Shown: positions 15,647 through 23,902 of the stretch, in pieces
Numbering within the stretch: the stretch's first letter is position 1
How the letters are laid out: each line of letters begins with the position of its first letter
DNA from: an uncultured Gemmatimonadales bacterium
GTDB taxonomy: Bacteria > Gemmatimonadota > Gemmatimonadetes > Gemmatimonadales > GWC2-71-9
DNA length: 64,000 bases
Reading direction: 5' to 3'
Assembly: GCA_963795085.1 (NCBI GenBank)
Contig: CAWCFX010000004.1
Span: 256,001-320,000 of the forward strand
The notes under the pieces: model-generated
The model's input: the letters and a program-made list of their open reading frames with translations, nothing else
Told to the model about the DNA's origin: nothing
Database searches by the model: none
Translations under genes and position numbers: made by a program

Positions 15647-17149
15647 TCAGTACCAGCCGATCGGCTTTTCGTCCAGGTTGATGAAGACCTGTTTGGTTTC
15701 CAGGTATTCCTCGACGCCCCAGTGGCCCAGTTCCCGGCCGAATCCACTCGCCTTGTAGCCGCCCCAGGGGGCTTCCACAAAGGTCGGCTGCATGTGGTTG
15801 ACCCAAACGATCCCGGCCTCGAGGGATTTTACCACCCGAAAGGCGCGAAAGATGTCCCGGCTCCAAACCGCCGCCGCCAGCCCGTAGGGCGTGGCATTGG
15901 CGATCTCGATGGCCTCGGCCTCGTCCTTGAATGGAATGACGCTCATCACCGGGCCGAAGATTTCTTCCTGGGCAATCCGGGCCGAGTTGCTTACGTCATA
16001 AAAGACCGTGGGTTCAACGTACCACCCCTTGTCGAACTGGCGGGGCACCCCGCCGCCGGCCGCGACCTTGGCCTCCTTCCGGCCGATGTCCAGGTATTTG
16101 GTGACCCGTCCGTGCTGTTCCTGGCTTACCAGCGGTCCCATCCTGGTGTCCCGGTCGATGCCCGGTCCCACCTTGATCGTCTTCGCCTTGGCGGCGACGG
16201 CATCGACGAACTTCTTGTAGATATCCTTCTGGACCAGGACCCGGCTGCCGGCGGAGCAGACTTCGCCCTGGTTGATAAAGACGCCGAACAGCGCACCATC
16301 GACCGCGCTTTCGAAATCGGCGTCGGCAAAGAAGATATTGGGCGACTTTCCGCCCAGCTCGAGGGAAACCCGCTTGAGCTGGTCGGCGGCATTCCGCATG
16401 ATGGCCTTGCCGACAGCGGCGCTGCCGGTAAAGGCGATTTTTCGAACATCAGGGTGCACCACCAGGGGCGCGCCGGCGCCGGGGCCATCCCCGGTGACGA
16501 TGTTGATCACGCCCGCGGGGACGCCCAGCTCTTCGAAATCCTCGGCAAGCTTGAGAATCGTGAGCGGGGTTTGTTCGGCCGGCTTGAGGACCATGGTACA
16601 ACCGGCGGCCAGCGCCGGCGCCACCTTCCAGGCCGCCATAAGCAAAGGGTAGTTCCAGGGAATGATCTGCCCGGCTACGCCTACCGGTTCCCGCATGGCG
16701 AAGGCGATTGCATCCGCCGGCACAGGAAGAACTTCGCCGTTGATCTTGGTGGCCAGTCCCCCGTAGTACTCGTAACAGGTGGCCGTGTCCTCAATGTCGT
16801 ACTCCGATTCGACGATCGGCTTCCCGCTGTTCAGGGTTTCCAGTTCCGCCAGTTCCGCTTTCCGGGCCCGGATTCGCTCCGCGATCCGGAAGAGAATGCG
16901 GCCCCGCTCCTGGGCGGAAGTGGCCTTCCACCCGCCATAGAAGGCCCGCTTGGCCGCCTGGGCGGCGGCATCGATATCGGCCGGTCCGCCGGCCGGTACC
17001 GTGGCGATGACACCCTCGGTCGCGGGATTGTACACCTCGAGGGTCCGGCCATCCCTGGCGTCGACGAACTTGCCGTCTATGTACATGCGGTAGGGCGTCA
17101 CGCCCGGTGTGCGGGTCTTCGCTTTGCGGGCTGCGGCGGGGGAAGCCAT
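15647..17149 (-). CDS. NAD-dependent aldehyde dehydrogenase (betaine-aldehyde/aminoaldehyde-like)
   Basis: IIPWNYP, FTGS, LELGGKSP, catalytic GEVCSAGSR and EEIFGPV. Confidence 0.93.
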   Translation of the reverse strand: MASPAAARKAKTRTPGVTPYRMYIDGKFVDARDGRTLEVYNPATEGVIATVPAGGPADIDAAAQAAKRAFYGGWKATSAQERGRILFRIAERIRARKAELAELETLNSGKPIVESEYDIEDTATCYEYYGGLATKINGEVLPVPADAIAFAMREPVGVAGQIIPWNYPLLMAAWKVAPALAAGCTMVLKPAEQTPLTILKLAEDFEELGVPAGVINIVTGDGPGAGAPLVVHPDVRKIAFTGSAAVGKAIMRNAADQLKRVSLELGGKSPNIFFADADFESAVDGALFGVFINQGEVCSAGSRVLVQKDIYKKFVDAVAAKAKTIKVGPGIDRDTRMGPLVSQEQHGRVTKYLDIGRKEAKVAAGGGVPRQFDKGWYVEPTVFYDVSNSARIAQEEIFGPVMSVIPFKDEAEAIEIANATPYGLAAAVWSRDIFRAFRVVKSLEAGIVWVNHMQPTFVEAPWGGYKASGFGRELGHWGVEEYLETKQVFINLDEKPIGWY

Positions 17150-17248
17150 GGCGGCACCTGGGTTGACCGTGAGGGAATTAGCGTCGGGGAATCCAAACTA
17201 TTCCCCCGGCGCCGTCGCTTCAATACGGGTTTAGGGCCGGGCGCGGGT

Positions 17249-18502
17249 TCACGCCGCGGCCACTGGACGGTGGGCCCGGACCGCCCCCCTCTCGCCGGGC
17301 GAGTCGGCCCCGGCCTGGCCGGGGCTGTCGTCCCGGACCTTCCAGGGCATGCCCAGAGGGCCCAGCCTGGCCATGAATGGATCGGGATCCAGCTGTTCCG
17401 GCGAAAAGACCCCTGCACCAGACCAGTCGCCGCCGGTGATCAATTCCGCCGCGATGACCGGAGGGATTCCGGTCTGGTAGGCGGTCGCCTGGACCCCCAG
17501 CTCCCGGAACACCGTCTCATGGTCGCTGACGTTATAGAGATAGTAAGCCTTCTCCACCCCGTGCTTCCGGCCTTTGACCAGGGTCCCGACGCAGGTCTTG
17601 CCTTTCATCCGCCCGGCCAGGTCTCTGGGTTCCGGCAACAGGGAGACCACGACGTCACGCGGTGCCACTTCCACCTCGCCCACCTTGATCCGGTCCGTCC
17701 GGCTCAGGCCGAGCTGACCCAGAACCCGGAGTGTGGAAAGGGTTACCTCGTCCATGCAGAGCTTGAAATCGATCACCCTGGCCTCTGGAAAAAAGCGGGG
17801 CAGGGTCCTGGACTCTTCATGATCCACGTAATAGCAGTTCAGCAACCCCAGCTCAGGGAAGTCGAACGGCTCGAAGCCGCTCAGGGGTTGTTCCAGCCGG
17901 TACTGTCCGTCTTTCCAGGACACCGCCTGGCAGAGGCACTCATCGATGAAGACCCAGGGGCTGAAGGCGGCGATAAAGCCGTCGTGGCCCTGGCAAATGG
18001 AGTTGTCGCCGTCCCGGACCCGGATCTCGGTGACTTCGTCCAGCAGGTGGCGGGCCGCATAGGCCGCGTACACGTTGGTGGTGCCGGGGTCGGCACCCAT
18101 GCCGAGCAGACCGAAAAGGCCTCGACGCCGGAAAGCGCCGTCCAGGGCGAACTGGTCCTCCATCTTGGGCAGGCCGTCGTCGGCAGTCCCGGCACTGGCC
18201 ATGTCGATATAGTGACAGCCCGCTTCGAGGCAGGCTTGCATGACCGGCAGGTTGGTCGCCGGCAGAGCGGCGTTGAGGAGGATGGTGGACCCGGTTTCCC
18301 GGATGGCCCGCATCAGGGCCGGGCGGTCGCCGGCATCGAGTTCGATGCTGGTGACCCGCGGGTCATTCAAGCGGTCGGACAGGCGGGAGGCGCGGCCGGG
18401 CGTCGCATCGGCAATGACGAGTTGCTCCAGCATCGCGCTCTGTTTGAACTTGAGGGCGGACACGGTCCCCACCGCGCCGGCGCCTACCAGCAGGACTTTC
18501 AC
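17249..18502 (-). CDS. Saccharopine dehydrogenase family protein (carboxyspermidine dehydrogenase-like fold)
   Basis: KVLLVGAGAVG, HYIDMAS, GADPG, HEE and AYQTGIPP. GTG start with RBS GAGGAG. Confidence 0.85.
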   Translation of the reverse strand: MKVLLVGAGAVGTVSALKFKQSAMLEQLVIADATPGRASRLSDRLNDPRVTSIELDAGDRPALMRAIRETGSTILLNAALPATNLPVMQACLEAGCHYIDMASAGTADDGLPKMEDQFALDGAFRRRGLFGLLGMGADPGTTNVYAAYAARHLLDEVTEIRVRDGDNSICQGHDGFIAAFSPWVFIDECLCQAVSWKDGQYRLEQPLSGFEPFDFPELGLLNCYYVDHEESRTLPRFFPEARVIDFKLCMDEVTLSTLRVLGQLGLSRTDRIKVGEVEVAPRDVVVSLLPEPRDLAGRMKGKTCVGTLVKGRKHGVEKAYYLYNVSDHETVFRELGVQATAYQTGIPPVIAAELITGGDWSGAGVFSPEQLDPDPFMARLGPLGMPWKVRDDSPGQAGADSPGERGAVRAHRPVAAA

Positions 18503-18801
18503 AAACTCCTCGTTTCATTGTTGGCGCGGCACTCGGTCTGGAATTGGGAGCCCGGGCCCGGATACCGGGTCGGCGCTCTGCTTCCTCGCCCCCGCCGCTG
18601 ATGGGGGCTCGCAGCTCAAGGAGATGGTCAGCTGCGAGAGTGGATCCTCCGCGTATTCGGAAGATGCACCCCCCCGTAACACCCGGGGTGGTATGGGCAG
18701 TCTACTACGGTCCCCCCACCCCCTGTCCAGACCCCCCGTCACGTCGACGGCCCGATAATCGGGCTCTTGACAGGCGGGAGGAGCCGGGCAACGGTTGGCC
18801 G

Positions 18802-18815
18802 CGTAAGATCTTACG
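18802..18815. promoter_or_regulatory. Perfect 14-bp palindrome, candidate operator
   Basis: CGTAAGATCTTACG in the 455-bp intergenic region. Confidence 0.35.
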
Positions 18816-18958
18816 GCACTTCATGTTGGCGATTCGCCAGGTTCATCTGGTGAACCCAGGCTGGAGTCGGCAGGCGGGCTCGATCCGCTTGTTGCCGACC
18901 ACCGAACCGGCGAGGTGGTCGCTTGGGCCGGTTGGAAGCAGATCACCCTTAGCCGTGG

Positions 18959-20524
18959 CTAGCCGTGGCCCTGGTCTTCGGCCAGCCGCAGCAGGCGGTC
19001 ATCCACCTCGGACAGGAGCTGCTCGTAGGCATCCCGGCCCAGCATGCCTTCGTGATAGCTCTCGATGATCTGGTCCTTCTCGACGATGAGCAGGTGCCTC
19101 CTGGCGCGGCGAATCTCGGCCCCCCGTAACTCTGCCTTTTCCATGTGCATGTCCCGCAGGCGCTGCTCTGCCGCCGCGATACGTTCCTGGTACTCCTCCT
19201 GCAGCGGCTCCAGCAATTTCCGGTCGGTGATACCCTTGCCGAGCTGGTCGATCTCCCGGCTTGCGGCCTGGGCCACCATCAACTGGCCGCGGACGAATTC
19301 GTATCTCATCCGGGCTTCTTCCGTCCTCACCAGGCCGAGCCGGCGCAGGACGGGTGCCATGCTCAGGCCCTGGGTCAGAATCGAGAGGATGACCACGCCG
19401 AAGGTGGTGCTGACGAGGAGGCTCCGAAAGGGAAAATCACCGGGGAGGCTGAGCGCCAGGACCATCGACAGGCTCCCCTTCAATCCGCCCCAGGTGAGCA
19501 CCGTCCGCCAGGCGGGTTCCAGCCGTTCGTCAGAACGGGACAGCAGGCCGGCCACCCCGAAGACCACCGCGGCGCGGCTGACCAGGACCGCGACAAAGGC
19601 GGCCAGGATCACCTGCCAGGCTCCCAGCAGGTCGCCCAGCTTCACCTCGAAGCCCACCAGCAGGAAGACCAGCGAGTTGAGGGCAAAGGCTACGTACTCC
19701 CAGAAGGAGACCACCGCCACCCGGGTCGATGGGGACATGCCGGTGCGAGCGCCGTAGTTGCCGCAGAGCATACCGGCGACCACCGTGGCGATCACTCCGG
19801 AGCCATGGATGTTCTCCGCCCCGATGAACGAGCCGTAGGCCGCGATGGTGGTAAGGGTGATTTCGATCATGGGGTCATCCACCTTCTGGGTGACCTTGGT
19901 GACCGTGATGCCCACGAGGAACCCGACCACGGCTCCGATACCGACCACCCGCAGGAACTCGAGCACGACCGCGTTGACGCTGACGGCGGCGCCGGTCGCG
20001 ACGCCCACGGCCAGCGTAAAGAAGACGATCGAGGTGCCGTCGTTGAGGAGACTTTCGCCCTCGACCAGCGTGGCGAGCCGCCGGGGCGCACCAAGCGAAC
20101 GGAACAGGCTGACCACCGAGATGGGGTCGGTGGCGGCGATGAGTGCGCCGAACACCAGCGCGTAGCGCCAGCCGAATCCGCCATCAGGGTCGACCAGGCG
20201 GACGGCGGGGACCAGGATCAGCGCGGTGAGGATGATGGCGGCGAGCACGCCGGGAATGGCCAGGGAGAGGATGGTGACCCGGTTGCGCTTGAAGTCCGTG
20301 AGGTCGAGATGAAAGGCGGCTTCGAAAATGAGCCCGGGCAGAAAGACCGAGAAGAGCAGGGCCTTGGTGAGATGGGGCGGCTCCAGTGCGTGCAGCGCGC
20401 CGAGCGCGAGCCCTCCGAGGACCAGGGCCACGGTGTAGGGGACTCGAAAGCGCCGGGCGGCAATCGCGACCGCGGCGGTGACCACAAAGAGGAGGACGAT
20501 GATCGTATCGAGATGCATGCTCAC
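18959..20524 (-). CDS. CPA1 family Na+/H+ antiporter (NhaP/NhaG-like)
   Basis: FLPGLIFEAA, ATDPISV, EGESLLNDGT and WGGLKGSLS; many TM segments. Confidence 0.93.
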   Translation of the reverse strand: MSMHLDTIIVLLFVVTAAVAIAARRFRVPYTVALVLGGLALGALHALEPPHLTKALLFSVFLPGLIFEAAFHLDLTDFKRNRVTILSLAIPGVLAAIILTALILVPAVRLVDPDGGFGWRYALVFGALIAATDPISVVSLFRSLGAPRRLATLVEGESLLNDGTSIVFFTLAVGVATGAAVSVNAVVLEFLRVVGIGAVVGFLVGITVTKVTQKVDDPMIEITLTTIAAYGSFIGAENIHGSGVIATVVAGMLCGNYGARTGMSPSTRVAVVSFWEYVAFALNSLVFLLVGFEVKLGDLLGAWQVILAAFVAVLVSRAAVVFGVAGLLSRSDERLEPAWRTVLTWGGLKGSLSMVLALSLPGDFPFRSLLVSTTFGVVILSILTQGLSMAPVLRRLGLVRTEEARMRYEFVRGQLMVAQAASREIDQLGKGITDRKLLEPLQEEYQERIAAAEQRLRDMHMEKAELRGAEIRRARRHLLIVEKDQIIESYHEGMLGRDAYEQLLSEVDDRLLRLAEDQGHG

Positions 20525-20555
20525 CGAGAAGAAGGAGGAGAAGGGTTGCGCCGGC

Positions 20556-21584
20556 TCAGAAGGCTAGCTGTCCTCCTGCCTGGGCGCGGTGGCGGCTCCA
20601 GCCGGCGTCCTCGGGGTCGATGGCATAGTTGAGACGAAACAGGACGGCACTGATGGGCTGATGACTCATGCCGGCAATGATCAGGTCGGAGTCTGGGGCC
20701 AGCCCGTCGGGTCGCCACCCGTCCCACCGCATCAACAGGCGGGTGCGGGCCGCGATTTCGTATCCCAGGGTCAGGTGCCAGCCGGCAGGATGCACGGTGC
20801 CGCCGGCCTCCGGGTCAAGACTGGCCCGGATAAACTCGGCGGCGACCAGGGTTCTCTGCCCGGTCCAACGAAAATCGGCGCCCACCAGCAAGCGTTCCCC
20901 CGCGAACGAAGACACCAGCGACCCGAGGGTCACGTCCGCATCCCGGCTGTACGCCGCGTTGACGGCGACCTCCAGCCGCTGGGTGGCGCCGGCCACCGGA
21001 CCCACCGGCCAGACTGCGAGCCGCCCAGCGAATAGCAGCCGGTTGTCGTCATTGGCGGCGCCGGTGCCATTGCCGTTGAACAGCCCCCCGTTGTATACCA
21101 CGGCGCCTCCGGCGAAGTCCCCCCGGGCTTGAAGGCCGACCTGCCGGCCCGGCGCCAGGGTGGCCACCACGCGGGACCGTTCGATGAAATCCAGCCGGCC
21201 CGCTCCGGTGAGCAGCTCGCGACTGAATGGCGCCTTGAACTGGCCGCCCTCGAATGTTACCCCGCCGGTCCTGTAGCGCAGCGCGGCATCCAGAATGGGG
21301 CGAGACTGCACGAGGTTGGTCTGGAAGAAGTATCCGAAACCGCGGTCAAGATTCCCGCCCAGGCTGACCCGAAAGTTGGCGACCCGGAACCCGTTGGCGC
21401 CGCCGGTTCGCTCGTCCTGGAATTCGCCGGTGACCTGCAAGAGCGCGCCCAGGCTGATAGCATCGGTTTTGACGGCCGCCGCGAGCCGGTCGATCAGGGG
21501 CTCCTGGGCCGCCGCCGTAGGGCCAAGGCACAGCCCCAGCAACAGCGAGCCGCAGGCCCCGTGCAACGGGCGGCGTTTACCCAT
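20556..21584 (-). CDS. Outer-membrane porin (OprO/OprP-like)
   Basis: Signal peptide after ATG 21584, GQFKAPFSRE, LDFIERS, GLFNGNG and terminal Phe. Confidence 0.75.
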   Translation of the reverse strand: MGKRRPLHGACGSLLLGLCLGPTAAAQEPLIDRLAAAVKTDAISLGALLQVTGEFQDERTGGANGFRVANFRVSLGGNLDRGFGYFFQTNLVQSRPILDAALRYRTGGVTFEGGQFKAPFSRELLTGAGRLDFIERSRVVATLAPGRQVGLQARGDFAGGAVVYNGGLFNGNGTGAANDDNRLLFAGRLAVWPVGPVAGATQRLEVAVNAAYSRDADVTLGSLVSSFAGERLLVGADFRWTGQRTLVAAEFIRASLDPEAGGTVHPAGWHLTLGYEIAARTRLLMRWDGWRPDGLAPDSDLIIAGMSHQPISAVLFRLNYAIDPEDAGWSRHRAQAGGQLAF

Positions 21585-23232
21585 CCTTCCCGCCCACCCG
21601 GCTGACCCGGAACGCGGGCGCTTCGTAGCCCGCAGCCAGATAGGAGGCCGGGATCGTGACCTGGTTACCGTCCCGCTGGGCCCGGTAGTGGGGCGACAGG
21701 ATCTCCACTCCTCCCTCATTGAACCGGTCCTGGATGTTCTGGTGCAGGAACGAATAGGTCCGCGCCATGACGGCAGGGGAACGGGTGTAAGCGTTGATCT
21801 CGTAACTGACGTAGAAATCGTCCAGGCTGGTCTGGAGGACAAAAGGCGCGGGGTCCTCGAGAATCTCCGGCGTGGCCTTTGCGGCGGCGATGAGCAACTC
21901 GTGGACCTCCTTCCAGGGCGCGTCGTACCCAATGGTGACCGTGGTGTGGAGGATCACCCCGGCGGCAGCCTGGCTGGTGAAGTTGACGACCTGGTTTCCG
22001 AGCACCGCCCCGTTGGGGATGGTCACGTCCACGTTCTTGATGGTGCGGAGCCGGGTGACCAGCAGGGTCCGCTCGATGACGTCGCCGGTCGTATCGCCGA
22101 TCCTGACCCGGTCTCCGATCTGAAAGGCGCGGGTATAGGTGAGCACCACGCCGGCCACGATGTTGCCTACTGCCCCCGAAGAACCCAGCGAGAACAGGAC
22201 CCCGACGAAGAGCGACACTCCCTTGAACGCATCGGAGCCGGCGCCGGGGAGATAGGGGAACATGACGACGAGGGCGAAGGCGATTACCAGGAACCGGACG
22301 ATGTTATACGTCGGCATCGCCCAGTCGGGATGGAAGCCCTTGAAGGTCAGGGTCCCGGTCTGGACAGCGGTAAAAATCAACAAGATCAGCTTGAGGATGT
22401 ACCGGGTGACCAGGACGATGACGATGATGAAAAAGATCTTGGGCAGATAGGCGAGGAATCCGACCCAGACGGAGCCCAGCGGGGTCAGCACGTACCCGAC
22501 GATCCGGCGCGAGTAGGGCGCGGTCCAGGGAAAGAAGCTGAGGACCAGGGGGACGTAGAAGTAGAGCAGGATGATCGTGAGTACCACGCGGAAGACCCGC
22601 GCCACCAGGGTCAGCGTCTCGCCCAGGCGCTGGGCGGAGAGAACCTCCAGTTTCTGGATGCGGAGGGCCGGCACCCGGGGTCCGGCCAGGAGAGAATAAA
22701 CCCGGGTGAAGACGATGATGAGCAGCTTGAGCAGCAGCACCAGGACGGCGGTGGTGACCACTACATAGAGGAAATCGAGGGCGAGGGCCCGGAGACTGGT
22801 TTCCCGGGTTGCCGCGGCCGCGGCAACCCGGATTTCTTCGACATAGGATCGGGCCAGCTCGGCGCGGGGCCGGCCGGTGGGTTCGGCGTCGGCGTCCAGC
22901 ACCGTCATCAGCACCGCTTCGCCGGCCAGGATCTCGCTGTGGCCTTCGACTTCCGTCACGACGAGACTGTCGAGCCCGGTCGCGATCGCTTTCCGGTTCT
23001 GGGAGATGCGCTGGCTGACGGCCGCGGCCCGCTGCTCTGGGGAGAAGGGGCCCAGCCGGCTGTAGAGGTAGAACAGGGTATCCAGCTCAAGCACCACGGC
23101 GGCCCCAGCACGGGACGGGGCCAGGGAGTCAGCCGGGGCGGTGGAATCCGTGGGAGCCTGGGCCTGGATCGGGCCGGCCGACCCGGCGAGAAGGATGCCC
23201 AGCAGCGCAAGCATGCGGGGACGGCGGGTCAT
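21577..23232 (-). CDS. MscS family mechanosensitive channel with N-terminal extracytoplasmic domain
   Basis: FSLGSSGAVGNIVAG, FQIGDRVRIG, VTIPNG and IQDRFNEGGVEILSPH. RBS GGAGA before ATG 23232. Confidence 0.92.
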   Translation of the reverse strand: MTRRPRMLALLGILLAGSAGPIQAQAPTDSTAPADSLAPSRAGAAVVLELDTLFYLYSRLGPFSPEQRAAAVSQRISQNRKAIATGLDSLVVTEVEGHSEILAGEAVLMTVLDADAEPTGRPRAELARSYVEEIRVAAAAATRETSLRALALDFLYVVVTTAVLVLLLKLLIIVFTRVYSLLAGPRVPALRIQKLEVLSAQRLGETLTLVARVFRVVLTIILLYFYVPLVLSFFPWTAPYSRRIVGYVLTPLGSVWVGFLAYLPKIFFIIVIVLVTRYILKLILLIFTAVQTGTLTFKGFHPDWAMPTYNIVRFLVIAFALVVMFPYLPGAGSDAFKGVSLFVGVLFSLGSSGAVGNIVAGVVLTYTRAFQIGDRVRIGDTTGDVIERTLLVTRLRTIKNVDVTIPNGAVLGNQVVNFTSQAAAGVILHTTVTIGYDAPWKEVHELLIAAAKATPEILEDPAPFVLQTSLDDFYVSYEINAYTRSPAVMARTYSFLHQNIQDRFNEGGVEILSPHYRAQRDGNQVTIPASYLAAGYEAPAFRVSRVGGKDG

Positions 23233-23317
23233 GGTGTGTCTCCTGGGAATGGCTGGACGGAACCCCGGCAATATATATCGGGGCATTATCTTGTGAGCGT
23301 TCGCGAAAGGGGCCGGC

Positions 23318-23902
23318 ATGACGATGATCTCCGCGGCGGTACTCCTGTTCCTGGTGATGGATCCGCTGGGCAACGTGCCGTTTTTTCTCACCGAGCTGAA
23401 ACGGGTCCGGCCGGAGCGGCAGCGCCGGGTGGTGGTCCGCGAGCTGGTCATCGCGCTGGGCGTGATGGTCGTCTTCCTGTTCACCGGAGGGCTGATGCTG
23501 GACCTGCTGCACATTTCCGGCACGGCGCTGACCGTCGCGGGCGGGGTCATCCTTCTGCTGATTGCCCTGCGGATGATCTTTCCGGCCCGGGACCACTCGC
23601 TGCAGGAAGCGGTGGCGGGCGAGCCGTTCATCGTCCCGCTGGCCATTCCCTACCTGGCGGGCCCCTCCGCCCTGGCCACGGAGCTGTTGATCGTCAACCA
23701 GGATCCGGGCCGCTGGCCGGAGTGGCTGGCCGCGGTCACGCTGGCCTGGCTGGCGACGGCGGTCATCGTCTTCTTCAGCACCAACCTGGGACGCATCCTG
23801 GGCGAGCGGGTGTTGATCGCAGTGGAGCGGCTGATGGGAATGGTGCTGGTCGCCGTGGCGATCCAGATGCTGCTTACCGGGCTGGACCAGTACTTCGGCT
23901 GA
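23318..23902 (+). CDS. MarC/YhgN family membrane protein
   Basis: MDPLGNVP, IVPLAIPYLAGP and ERLMGMVL. Confidence 0.92.
   Translation: MTMISAAVLLFLVMDPLGNVPFFLTELKRVRPERQRRVVVRELVIALGVMVVFLFTGGLMLDLLHISGTALTVAGGVILLLIALRMIFPARDHSLQEAVAGEPFIVPLAIPYLAGPSALATELLIVNQDPGRWPEWLAAVTLAWLATAVIVFFSTNLGRILGERVLIAVERLMGMVLVAVAIQMLLTGLDQYFG

Noticed and set aside
15722..18601. 959-aa plus-strand ORF
   Set aside because: Antisense shadow of the ALDH and saccharopine dehydrogenase genes; no motifs; expected in high-GC DNA.
18515..18742. 75-aa minus-strand ORF as a leader peptide
   Set aside because: No clear RBS or informative codon run; the hairpin content explains the region equally well.
18820..18940. 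Possible tRNA or SRP RNA
   Set aside because: Stems are present, but there is no cloverleaf with a TTCRA T-loop and no SRP conserved loop that I could identify.
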